From assembly GCA_965112735.1 (NCBI GenBank), contig OZ218958.1, positions 3,286,001-3,350,000 of the forward strand: DNA of 64,000 nucleotides, written 5' to 3'. This document shows positions 1 to 17,525 of this stretch, piece after piece. Position numbers and translations under genes: made by a program. Each line of letters starts with the position of its first letter. The stretch's first letter is position 1. The notes under the pieces are model-generated. The model was not told where the DNA came from. It saw only the letters and a list, made by a program, of their open reading frames with translations, and made no database searches. Origin of the DNA: Phaeosaccion multiseriatum. Lineage: Eukaryota > Protista > Ochrophyta, other classes.

Positions 1-898
1 GAGGGAAGCCCCTCTCGTTGTACACCAGCAGCGGGTTACCCAGCGAACGGATGGGGGCGTAGGAAGTGGTAGAGCCGTCGCCATCCCGCCCACTACCACT
101 ACCACTGCCACTGCCATCAATCCTGCCACTTTGGCGGGAGGGGCGCTGCTGGACAAGCACAAGGTCAGTGGAGTTGAGGTCCATCTTGGAGATCTGAGCA
201 AGGCGGAGAGGGCAAGAGGAAGAGGGGAGAGGAGGAGGGTATAGGGTATAGAGAGGCGGAGAGGGGGAGGATGAGATGATGCAACAGGGAGAGAGGGGGA
301 GGGTATAATGTAGGTATGTATGCAAGACGAGGAGCAACCGTTACATGCCGCTGCCGACCTACAGTACCCTGGCAGTCGCTGCCCTGCTTGACTGTGCCTC
401 TGGGGGAACCACATCTCTCTCCCTCTCCCTCTCTCTCTCCAAGCCTCTCCCGCCCCCCCAACCAACCTTCTCATACGTCCTGCGCACGCTCAGAGGCAGC
501 TCAGCCCCCGCCGCAAAGACAATGTCCGTCACGTCCTCCGCCCTAAAGCGCCCGTCCGCCCCTGCCTCACACTTCTTGACATCCACCAGCCCCATCGCCC
601 TGGGCACCACATCCACCGCCTTGGTGATTGCGCTACTCCCTCCAGCCACCTCGCCACTACTGCCCCCGCCGCCGGAAGCAGGGCTACGGGCAATGTTACC
701 CTTGGACAGAGCAAGGGCGATGGCCGCGCCTCTGGCCAGGGCGAGAGCGCCCGGCTGCTCCACTGCAGCCGCCTGTTTGAAGAGGGTGATGACCTCATCT
801 CGGATGGAGGACGTGGGGGAGAGACCGCCCGTCAAGATGACGCGCTGGACCTGCTCGGTCGGTGGAGGAGAAGGGAAGGGGAGGACAAAACAAGGGGA

Positions 899-941
<43 letters not shown>

Positions 942-1447
942 AGGGGGGGGGAGGGGAGGGGGGGGGGTAAGCACAAACAAAAACAGCACGTGCGTACATG
1001 TCGAGAGAGAGAGAGAGAGATGACCAGGACGAATCAAACTCGGTACCGCACCTGCGCAGGCAGAACATCCGCAGCCTCCAGAGCCCCCGTTAGTGCCGTT
1101 CGGACGGCGTGCAGCATTCCTCCGGCGGCGGCCTCCATGTCCCCCCGGGACAAGCTCGTGCTGTACTCGAAGGATGGGTCGACGCTGCTGCACCCCTGAG
1201 GGAGGCTCACCTCCGCGCTCTCGGAGGAGGAGAGTGTCTCTCGGGCCAAGCGGGCTTGCTTGAGCAGACACCGCAAGAGAGTCTGTTTGGGGGTGGTTGG
1301 GGTTGGGTTGTTTTGTTGCGAGGGAGGGAAAGGAAGGGGAGGAGGGAGGGATGGAGAGGTGGAGACATGAGGTGCATGCCATGCAAAATGGAGGAAAGCG
1401 CACCGGTGAGGTAGGAGGAGATACGGAGAAAGATTGAGGAGAGCGAC

Positions 1448-1487
<40 letters not shown>

Positions 1488-3632
1488 CCCATACGCGCAA
1501 GCCCGCAGCCGCCCCACAGACTCCTTAAGTTGTGACAGGAGCCGCACACTCGTCTCGCACCTTATCCTTGGCGAACTGTTCGCCGTGCCTGTCCTCGATG
1601 GCGGCCATTAGGGCCTTTGCGATCTGCCGCTCCATGTCCAGGCCTCCGCTGTAACTGTCACCCGCCGACCCCAGTAGCCTCATCTGCTGGCCTCCCCCCT
1701 GCCCTTGCCCTTGCCCTTCGCCCTCCCCCTCATCCTCACGCTCGTCCCTCATACTCTCCACTACACCGACATCGATGCAACTGGCCCCCACGCTCACAGA
1801 GACGGTCAACTCCCTGGCGCCACTCCCGCTGCTCTTTCCCTTCTTCTTTCCACCAGAGGCAGGAGAAACAGACGACTCGCCCCCACCACCCCCCACTCCT
1901 CCTCCTCCTCCTGCTGCTGCTGCTGCCGCTGCTGCTGCTCCTTTGTCTCCTGGCAACGCCACATGGCTCAACACGCTCGCCCCCAGAGCCGCCGCCAGGG
2001 GAGTGCTGATGAACAAGGCCGGAGTCATGCACGCCGTGTAGACTGCCTTCTGCAGGGCCACTCGCTGCACGTCACCGAAGGACGAGGGCACCGACAGCGC
2101 GCAGAAGGCAGTGGACACGCCGTAACGCTCCTTGGCCGCAATCTTCAGAGAGGTCAGGAGGATTGCGAGCACATTCTCTGCGAGTGTGGTCATGCCTCGG
2201 TCCTTGGACACGGCGGCGTCCGGACTCAGGATTCGGATCTGATTGCACGGATGTGTGGAGTGCATGATGGGTGGTAAGACGAGCGTCGGGCATACATACA
2301 TACCGGCATACGGGGGGGGGGAATGGAAGAAAGGCTCGTTGAGGAGAAGGACGAGGACGATGGGAAGCTTTCTTTGGGGTGGAGGGATGGATTGGAGAGC
2401 GTGGAAATGCTGTTGATGCCGTCGCGTGGGGACGGCAGGCAAAGAGCAAGGAGCAACACACAGCAGTCCCCTCCCCACCGCCTCCACCTCCTCCACCACA
2501 TACGCCTTGTTTCTTTTCACAGCCCTCGAACCACATGCATGCTTGCTGCCACCGCTGCTTCTGCGTGCTTTCTTTGACCCATGCAAGGCCGTGCCCACGC
2601 ACCCACCTGAATGCCCGACGTGTCCTCGAACTCCTCATCATCCTCCTTGCACGGCAAGATGTCAAAGTCTCTACCGAGCCTCTCCTTACGCACCGCCGCC
2701 TCGCCCATCGCCCTCAGGCCGAGAAGCCTCAGCAGTCCCTCCACGGGCATGCCCCCCTTGCCAGAGCTGCCCGCCGACACCTTCCAGCCCTTGGGCATGG
2801 AGTCACCTCGGTCGTCGCGGTACAGCCATTTGCGGAGGCCCTGACAGGGGTCATGGGAGGGAGGGAGGGAGGGAGGGAGAGACGGGAAAGGTGCTCGTGT
2901 TGGCTGGCTGTGACGTGACGGTTGTGTTAGCGCTGTTTGACGCATGCCCTGATCGGAGGAGATCAGGGAGAGAGAGAGCTTTGCCTGATTTGACAGACAA
3001 GAGGGCTTTGAAGCAAGCAGCATCAACGCCAGCCGTAGTAGTAGGCAGGCAATACTACCGCGGCAGCCAGCACGCACCTTCACGCCGACTACAGGGTCGC
3101 ACACAAGGGTGGCTGGGAGAGGCCCCACGAGAGGCACCAAGCCGCCCTTGCGGTCCTTCAGGTGCAGCACTGCGCTGTACTGCTCGGTGCCGAGATCGAT
3201 GCCCAAAGAGGCCTTGGGGTCGTCCTCGACCTACGAGGCACAGCAGGGGCGAGGTGCAGCATGGAGGAGAGAGGGATCGGGGGGAGCGAGAGGGAGGGGT
3301 GGAGAAAGGACCAGAAAGGGAGGGAAATCGTCAGAAGGGACTATATTTCTTTCGTTCGTCGCTTCGGTGCACGGCAACTGCGTAAAACCTCTACGTAAAG
3401 AGGTTAATGGCCTCCTATTCCTCACCTCTGGAGCCGCTTCCTCCACCCTCCTGCCCCGAAGGTCGAAGGCGCCTCCCGCCCCGGCAGCCCCCCCCGCCGA
3501 GCTCGCGTTCGGCTGGGGCATCTGCGGAGCCTGATTGAAGTTCATTGCCATGGCGTTCCCCGACATCATCGCTCCTCCGCTCATGCCGCCCCCCATCGCC
3601 ATCCCTCCCCCTCCTGAGGCGGTGAGAGACAT
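1..3632 (-). CDS. Atypical Hsp70-family protein, multi-exon, 3' end runs off the window
   Basis: Spliced exons (approx. 3632-3426, 3230-3078, 2840-2607, 2239-1556, 1281-1051, 850-475, about 150-1) give Hsp70 nucleotide-binding-domain motifs in the correct order: LGIDLGT, LSVPSSFGDVQRVAL, ISTPLAAAL, SVGASCIDVGVV, SAGDSYSGGLDME, VILTGG, ALARGAAI. GT-AG boundaries are visible. Confidence 0.8.
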
Positions 3633-3943
3633 GGCTCTGCCTTGTGTGTCCAGCAGACAAGACTCAAGAAATGACGAGTGTACGATGAAAGACAGGCTCC
3701 AGGGTCAAGAGGACAGAGAAGAGGACCTCACGTGTGTGAGTAGATCTACAGACACGCGGGAGAGCCCACGCGTCGGACAAGGCAGAAGTAGAGGCTTCGC
3801 CTTCGAGTTGGGTGTGAGCGTAAGGAATTACGTAAGGGAGGGGGAGAATCCAAGTCGAGGGATCCAAATAAAGGAGATTATACAGAGCAGTGAGGCCAGC
3901 GAGGGAAGAGGAGGAGCTTGAAGGCCTTCAGCAGAGAGGGTAG
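3633..3943. promoter_or_regulatory. Probable bidirectional promoter
   Basis: Only about 310 bp separate the divergent ATGs of the Hsp70-like gene (3632, -) and eIF2B epsilon (3944, +). Confidence 0.5.
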
Positions 3944-10868
<6,925 letters not shown>

Positions 10869-11263
10869 AACGTCCCCACAGCTTCCTTGCCGGCCTTTTG
10901 CCTTACCTTGTGCTCCTTGCTTTACTTGACTGAAGCAGTGCCCCTTGCTTTACATGACTGAAGCACTGCTCCCTTTAACAAGGCTTCTTGACGAGGCTTT
11001 TCATTCATTTAAAACTCTCCATTTGCGTAAGCATCGCCCAAATCGCCCGTTTTTTAGAAGTCGGGCGGCAAGGGGGAGTGCTCTTGCAGAAATGCTGACA
11101 AGTAGGGAAGGGGAAAAGCGATGAAAGCCGAAAGACTACAAGATGGATCGATAGGCATCTCAAAGAGCTACATGAAGAGCTATAGCGCTTCTCCCACCGA
11201 CATTTTCCTGAGCTCTCCCAAAACTCGAAAAAATAAAAAAAGCAATAATATTACGAAATCGAG

Positions 11264-12667
11264 TTAAGAACACATCACCTGAAGCCCCTCGGGTCGATCT
11301 GCAGGCAGCGGGCATCCCCTCCCCACCGTAAGCTTCTTGAGCCCAGCCGGTAGGCTCTCCAGAGGGCAGGAGTATTGAGACCTCAGTGTAAGAGTCCGCA
11401 GAGAGGGAGGGAGGTCCAGGGGGAGGTTAAAGTCACGCCCCATGCCTACCTCCTCGACACCATTGGGAAGGACCACAGGCTGATTGAAGTAATATCCAAA
11501 AGTGACCTTCTTGATCGAGGAAGGGAGATCGATTGGCCTGTTGAACCTTGAGTACCCCTCAAACCTCAGCTCCTCCAGAGAGCTTGGTAGCACCAAATCA
11601 GCCTGATTGAGGTGTTGTCCAAAAGTGACCTTCTTCAGCGAGGAAGGGAGAACGATTGGCCTGTTGAAATGTGAGTACCCCTCAAACCTCAGCTCCTCCA
11701 GAGAGCTTGGTAGCACCAAATCAGCCTGATTGAAGTGTTGTCCAAAAGTGACCTTCTTCAGCGGGGAAGGGAGAACGATTGGCCTGTTGAACCTTGAGAA
11801 AGTTGGAAACTCCAGCTCCTCCAGAGAGCTTGGTAGCACCAAATCAGCCTGATCGAAGAGAACTCCAAAAGTGACCTTCTTCAGGGAGGAAGGAAGAGCG
11901 ATAGGCCTGTTGAAACCTGAGTCCTCTGAAAACCCCAGCTCCTCCATAGAGCTTGGTAGCACCAAATCAGCCTGATTGAAGTATTCTCCAAAAGTGACCT
12001 TCTTCAGCGAGGAAGGGAGAACGATTGGCCTGTTGAACCACGACAATGGTGAAAACTCCACCTCCTCCACGCCGCTCGGCACAACAACGTCGCAAGCATC
12101 GAAGAACTCCGAAAAAGTCACACGCTTGACCGACAGTGGCAACAGTGCCAACACTTTGAGAGCAAGGGCCGCATCAGTTGGAGTCAGCTCGTCAGCGCCT
12201 GGACGTTGGATGCCGAGGCGCACCGCCCTGACGCGAAAGGAACCCGCCATACCATGGTCCGGCTGCCTCGCCCTAACCCTCCCCGACCTTCGAAGCCCTT
12301 CCACGGCATGTCTTCCCCGCATGGAGGCGGGAGGAGGGGAGGAAGCCGCAGCAAGGCGTTGAGTCTCCTCGCGCTCCCGCTGTTGCTGCTGCTTCAGCAT
12401 GCTCAGCACCCGTGACTGGATAGCTTGTGGCATCTCGGCGTTGATCACCAAAGCGCGGGAAGTAAACTTGTCCACCTCCTTGCATACGCCCCACAGAGCC
12501 TTGTTCGAAACACGGCCGGCAACCATCCTCAATGCCGCCGGCCCGCTGCTGCTGAGACTGGTGCGCTCTGGCAAATCCCCATCCGCTCCACCGGTCTTTT
12601 GATGGCTTTCTTCCATCACGACGCCCCCCCCGTTCGTTTCACCCCCCTTCGACGTGCTGCCCTTCAT
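11264..12667 (-). CDS. FNIP-repeat (LRR-like) protein with a degenerate F-box-like N-terminal motif, copy A (4 core 41-aa units)
   Basis: Intronless 467-aa ORF with repeats FxQADLVLPSSLEELxFxxxSx-FNRPIxLPSSLKKVTFGxx, matching the FNQPI..LP.SL..L.FG FNIP pattern. Confidence 0.88.
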   Translation of the reverse strand: MKGSTSKGGETNGGGVVMEESHQKTGGADGDLPERTSLSSSGPAALRMVAGRVSNKALWGVCKEVDKFTSRALVINAEMPQAIQSRVLSMLKQQQQREREETQRLAAASSPPPASMRGRHAVEGLRRSGRVRARQPDHGMAGSFRVRAVRLGIQRPGADELTPTDAALALKVLALLPLSVKRVTFSEFFDACDVVVPSGVEEVEFSPLSWFNRPIVLPSSLKKVTFGEYFNQADLVLPSSMEELGFSEDSGFNRPIALPSSLKKVTFGVLFDQADLVLPSSLEELEFPTFSRFNRPIVLPSPLKKVTFGQHFNQADLVLPSSLEELRFEGYSHFNRPIVLPSSLKKVTFGQHLNQADLVLPSSLEELRFEGYSRFNRPIDLPSSIKKVTFGYYFNQPVVLPNGVEEVGMGRDFNLPLDLPPSLRTLTLRSQYSCPLESLPAGLKKLTVGRGCPLPADRPEGLQVMCS

Positions 12668-14427
12668 TGTACTCCCTCTCCTTCCCCCTTTCCAGCGTCA
12701 CTGCGATACTTCGCTGTGGTGGGGTGGTGCAGACCGACTGATCGGGAATCGGGGAGGACATTTTACATATTACACCCTTAAGAGTGCAGTGCAGTGCATC
12801 TATCGGGGAGGACATGACGATGAAAGGAATTGACTTGACGTGTTGGTGCTAGATTCGTCGAGGGCTCACAGCTCCGAGGGTTGGAAGGGGGGGGGGGGGG
12901 GGCAACAATCGGCCTCCCCTCTTCCTCTTCCTTTCGATTCCCACCTCTGCTTCTCTTACAGTTCCAACATGGAGGACATACATGCGAGTATCGCAGCAGT
13001 GAGTAGGAAGGAGGAGGCAGTGGAGCAGGCGTTGAGCGGGCAGGGCAGCTACTTGGGGCTGTGCTTGGGAGGAGCAGCACCAGCAGCGGATGGTGAGAGG
13101 GAGGGAGTGAGGAAGGAGCTGCTGATGCACCTCCAAGCTTTGAGGGAGGAGAAGGCGAAAGAGAAAGCTCGCCTGAGGGAAGAGAAGGCTCACGAGAGGG
13201 ACGAGAAGGTTCGCGAGAGGGAAATGGAGGAAAAGCGGTTCGAGGAGAAGACAAAAGAGAGGATCCTGGAGAGCGAGAAGGAGCTTATCCTCCTCCGCCT
13301 CGAAGTGCAACCACCAGCAGCCACCAGAGGCCGCAGCTTCCTCCATCAAGGTGCCGACATACAGGAGGGGATAGTAGAGAGAAGGCGGGGCACCAAGCGG
13401 CGACGTTCGACTTCAGGAAGGGAGGATGGAGATGGCGGAGATGGTGGACGTGCTACAATTCGTCGAGCTTCCCTTCCTGGTCCGGGCGCCTGTGCAAATG
13501 CCTTTGGCATGAGAGAGGTATATGGAAAGGTGATGGAGCTCGTGGGGAAAGGGGAATACGCTTTCGTCGCGACCGTGTGCAAGGAGTGGAGGGGGCACTA
13601 CATCGTTGCGCACCCAGCCAAGACAAGCCAAAGGAGTGTAGTTGCCTCCATCGATCGTGTGTACTGGGCCAGGAGGCACGGCTACGAGCTTACAGTCGAA
13701 TCGTTCAGGGCCGCTGCTCAGTATGGAGATGTGAGCATGTGCAAGGCCCTCCATCACATGGGCTGTGCCTGGAGCGAGGCTGTGTGCCGCTCTGCAGCTT
13801 TGAACGAGCGGCACAGCCTGTGTGTGCTCAAGTGGCTGCGCTCAGAGGACTCGGCTGACGCCAAGGAGGGGAAATGCCCGTGGAATGAGGAGGTCTGCGA
13901 TGCTGCTGCGCGGAGGGGGGACTTGAAACTGCTGGAGTGGCTTCTGTCGGATGCTGTGAGCGCCCCCTTTAATGAGGTGATGTGGCTCTGTGCTATTCGT
14001 TATGGGCGCATCTCTGCGCTGGCATGGCTGCTGAACAATCCCAAGGTCAGGGCTAAGCTGGACGGAGCGGAGGAGGGCAGTTGGTGGAGGAGTGGAGCTA
14101 GTTCTGCTGCTCATGGCAGTCAAAGTGCTTTGCGGTGGCTGCACGCCAATGCGAGTGGGCTTTGTGATTGGACCCCTGACGTATGCAGATATGCACTTGA
14201 AGGAGGCAAGAGCCTGGAAATGCTGCAGTGGCTCCGCTCAGAAGAGGTGGGCTGTCCGTGGGACGAGAGTGTCTGTCCAGAGGCCATCAGGAGAGCGGAG
14301 GAGGAAGCAGGTGGACAGTGGGACATCAGGGGAAGTGTCTTTGAGGAGATGAAGCAGTGGGTCCATGCCAATGGGCACCCCTGCGACTGCGAGGACTGAT
14401 GAGCCAGAAGCAGTGTATATGTATGGT
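11278..14427. mobile_element. FNIP/ankyrin two-gene cassette, copy A (minimal)
   Basis: High similarity to 39750-42700 and, inverted, to 59810-63280. Homology stops a few codons before the FNIP stop and about 30 bp after the ankyrin stop. No transposase, TIR or TSD was seen, so mobility is inferred from dispersed copies. Confidence 0.55.
12969..14399 (+). CDS. Coiled-coil + F-box-like + CPW-type ankyrin-repeat protein, copy A
   Basis: Intronless. ATG at 12969 (MEDIHASI) is conserved in all three copies. Contains YAFVATVCKEWR followed by repeats such as CPWNEEVCDAAARRGDLKLLEWL and LEMLQWLRSEEVGCPWDE. Confidence 0.85.
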   Translation: MEDIHASIAAVSRKEEAVEQALSGQGSYLGLCLGGAAPAADGEREGVRKELLMHLQALREEKAKEKARLREEKAHERDEKVREREMEEKRFEEKTKERILESEKELILLRLEVQPPAATRGRSFLHQGADIQEGIVERRRGTKRRRSTSGREDGDGGDGGRATIRRASLPGPGACANAFGMREVYGKVMELVGKGEYAFVATVCKEWRGHYIVAHPAKTSQRSVVASIDRVYWARRHGYELTVESFRAAAQYGDVSMCKALHHMGCAWSEAVCRSAALNERHSLCVLKWLRSEDSADAKEGKCPWNEEVCDAAARRGDLKLLEWLLSDAVSAPFNEVMWLCAIRYGRISALAWLLNNPKVRAKLDGAEEGSWWRSGASSAAHGSQSALRWLHANASGLCDWTPDVCRYALEGGKSLEMLQWLRSEEVGCPWDESVCPEAIRRAEEEAGGQWDIRGSVFEEMKQWVHANGHPCDCED

Positions 14428-15019
14428 CGGCCATGGTAACGAACACATGAGACGGGTGCCTCTCCTGTGAGTACCAGCTTGGCATACATTTATAAGTATT
14501 ATACATAAACATGGCCCCGCCCACGGACCCGGCTTCTGTAAGAGATCCGAGACCAACGACGGCTCCTAAAGCGTCGAAAAAGAGAGCAAATAAATCTAAA
14601 CTAACCCCTGCCAGCTGCTTCCTTGGCACTCGGCCCGCCACGTTTCGGACTACTGGATGCGAGGCAAGCGGCTCGCAGCCTTCTGCGACAGAGGACACGC
14701 TCTTGCCCTCTGTCCTTCCTTTCTGTTGCCTGTAGCCCCCCCCCCCCCAACCTTCAGACAGGGCCATTCTTCAACAGACTGCACGAGATCCCTGTACCGT
14801 CTCGCTCATAAACACTAGAGCTCTAAAGAGAAACTAGAGCTCTCCCTCTCTAGCGCTCTCTCCCTCCTGCTCCCTCTCTCTTCTCCCTGCTCTGGTTCAC
14901 CCGAAAGCCTTCCCTCCAGAAGCGTGAAAGGAAGGCGCCGGGCTCGGCAAGTCTCTGCTGCCAGACAGACAGACAGATAGACAGACAGACCTGGCGATCC
15001 ACGCGTGTCCTTCCCCTCC

Positions 15020-15185
15020 TCACCCCAGCGTCATGCCTGCCAGCAGAGCGGCAGAGCCGGGCCCGTAAGCTGAGCCTCCGGTGTTCGTCTCCTGAGAGCG
15101 CCGTCGGAGGGGGGAGAGCGACCGCACCCCGTCGGTAGCGCTACGAGTTATCTGAGGGGCGGGAGAAGAAGAAGAAGAAGAAGAA

Positions 15186-15217
<32 letters not shown>

Positions 15218-17219
15218 AGGAGGAGGATACGACAGTGAGATGGAGAGGGAGACAGCGAGATTCAAAACGAAAGAGAAAGAGAGAGCGAGGGGGGAAATAC
15301 CGGCAGAGGACGAGGAAGACAAAGAAGAGGGGGAGTAGAGATGGGACCACAGGGGCCAACGCGTCCAGGACTAGAAGGACACGATGAGCGACAGGAGACA
15401 GCAAGACACAACAAAGAGACCACAGACACGAGAAACTAACAAGAGACGATCGACAACCAACCTTCGGCGGAAGCTGCGCCTTGACGACGTCGGGAGTGGT
15501 GACCCGCAGATAGCGGATGTTGCGGCCTGTGCGGAAGTCCGTCTTCTCCACCACGATGGTGTCGAGGCGCAGCCAGTCCTCCGGAGAGCGCATGCTGAAG
15601 CTCTCGCTGGCGCTGTCTAGGTCCCCGAGGTGCACAAGGCTGTAGAAGTTGACGCACCGCACCACGCTGTGCAGGCTACCGTCCACCAGAAACACCTTCA
15701 TATTCGTTGACATGGGGTAGGTAGGTTCATTGGCTTAGGTCAGGTGGTGTCGTTGGTATATTATTATTCGTTGGCATTGGTCAGACAGTGAGTCAATCAG
15801 TCAGTCAGTCAGTCAGTCAGTCAGTCAGTCAGTTCAGGAATCAGGGACGGGCCAAGGTGCAAAACACACTTGTTGTTGGGAAGTCGGATGGGTGGGGGAG
15901 ATGAGCCCAAGTGCCCTTCGTGGTGGCTCCACTCTCTCCTTCCCTCCTCCCTCCTCCGTGCGACTTACTTCAATGTTGATGGGGCTGGAGGCCCCGTCCC
16001 CTCTCCCCCTTCCCTTGAGGAGGTACTCGGTATCGGCCCCAAAGAGTTGCTCGATGGTGAAGTAACTGTCACTCCCCGAAGTTGTGCGGCTGCGTGTGCG
16101 GTGAGTGGAAGGGGGAAGGGGTGGGTGTGGGTGGGTGTGCACCGCTATGAGTGGGAAGCCGCGCAGGCACGACACGAGGCCGTCCGTGCGTCTACTACAC
16201 TTCCGTTGACATACTACACTTCCGTTGACATGTTGCAGCCTCCAGAACCTTCCCTCTCTCCCTCCTTTCCTCCCTTTGCGCATTCCTCCCATTCCTCCCT
16301 TCCTCCTTCCCCCCCTCCCTCGCTCCCTCCCTCGCCCCCTCCTGCCTCCATTCCCCCCCGTCCCTCCCTCCTCCCTTCGCGCATTCCTCCCATTCCTCCC
16401 TCCATCATTCTGCAAGCGAGCAGGAGCCTCTGCCTACCTACCCTACCTGGCCTTGCAGAGAATGGCCTCAACGATGCTGCTGACATTGGTGGAGCCCGTG
16501 TAGTCTGGGGAGGCCGTGAGGATCCTCACCACCTGCTCCAGCGACTTGATGAACAGCTCCCCGTGCCCCAGAAACTGCACGTCGTTCAGAATAACCTGGC
16601 CACATTCACAACATGCAAATGCACACACACACACATAGGCATATACACACCAGGCAAGGCATGGAATGGGACGAATTGCTTCATAGTTAGAGCACGGAGG
16701 CAAAAACACACACACACACACACCACAGACAAAACATGTAGCGAGGCCTCCGCTTTCCTCACGGTACAGTGCCATTTGCACGGGCACGGAAGGAGAGGAG
16801 GGCGAGACATCTCTCGCAAAGCGCCTGATCCGCGAGCAAGGGGCCCGTCAGCAGATCGGGGTCCTGCTCGACCCCTGCGCCCCGTCGTCTCGCACGTGTT
16901 GAAAGACAGCAGTAGCATAACTATATGGAGGCTTGCGCTGGTTCATCCGCCCCCATCTTGGCCTCTCCCAAGCGCTCCCAGGGGACTGTAGGCTGCTACT
17001 TGCCTTCTCTCTGTGAATGTCGTTGATGGCCTGCGTTAATGTCACCTCCGAGTCGCTCAGAGGGATGCAGCTAAAGTGCTCGGGAAAATCCATGAAGGCG
17101 CCGATGACCTTGTCCCTGTCGTGCATGGCGCAGGCCTTCTGCACCACATCGACGATGACTCTGTTGAGGCTGACTCGAGCCACGCTTTCACGCCGACCGC
17201 GAGGCTGGAAGGCCGCCAT
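15020..17219 (-). CDS. Hypothetical protein, 5 exons, first intron GC-AG
   Basis: Exons approx. 17219-17004, 16595-16447, 16090-15970, 15696-15463, 15151-15020 join as ...INDIHREK|VILND...CKAS|RTTSGSDSYF...NIE|VFLVDG...PPK|ITRS...LG*. Family not recognised. Confidence 0.7.
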
Positions 17220-17525
17220 TGATGCCCAGGGTCAGTCTGTCCGTCCCACTGGAGTCTCTCTCACATTCTCGCTGAAGAAAGCGTCTGCTACTTCCGCACG
17301 CGGGGAGAGCGGCGAGAGGCCACCAGCCAGCCTCTCTTATCGTCCCACAATGCCAGTTTTTTTGTCTTTCCTTGTCTCTCTTTTGTCTGCTTCCGTCTCG
17401 CTCAGACTTCTGCTCATATGCCTCCATCCAGTACCTGGGGTCAGGGGTTTTGGGCACATGATCGATTTTTGTTCAAAAATCCTCGAGCCAATAAAGAGCT
17501 TAGGGACCTTGTGGTGCATTGAAGT

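Noticed and set aside
11480-12050. CRISPR-like array (conserved repeats with variable inserts)
   Set aside because: The repeats are in-frame 123-bp protein-coding units with only a few variable codons; the context is eukaryotic with no cas genes.
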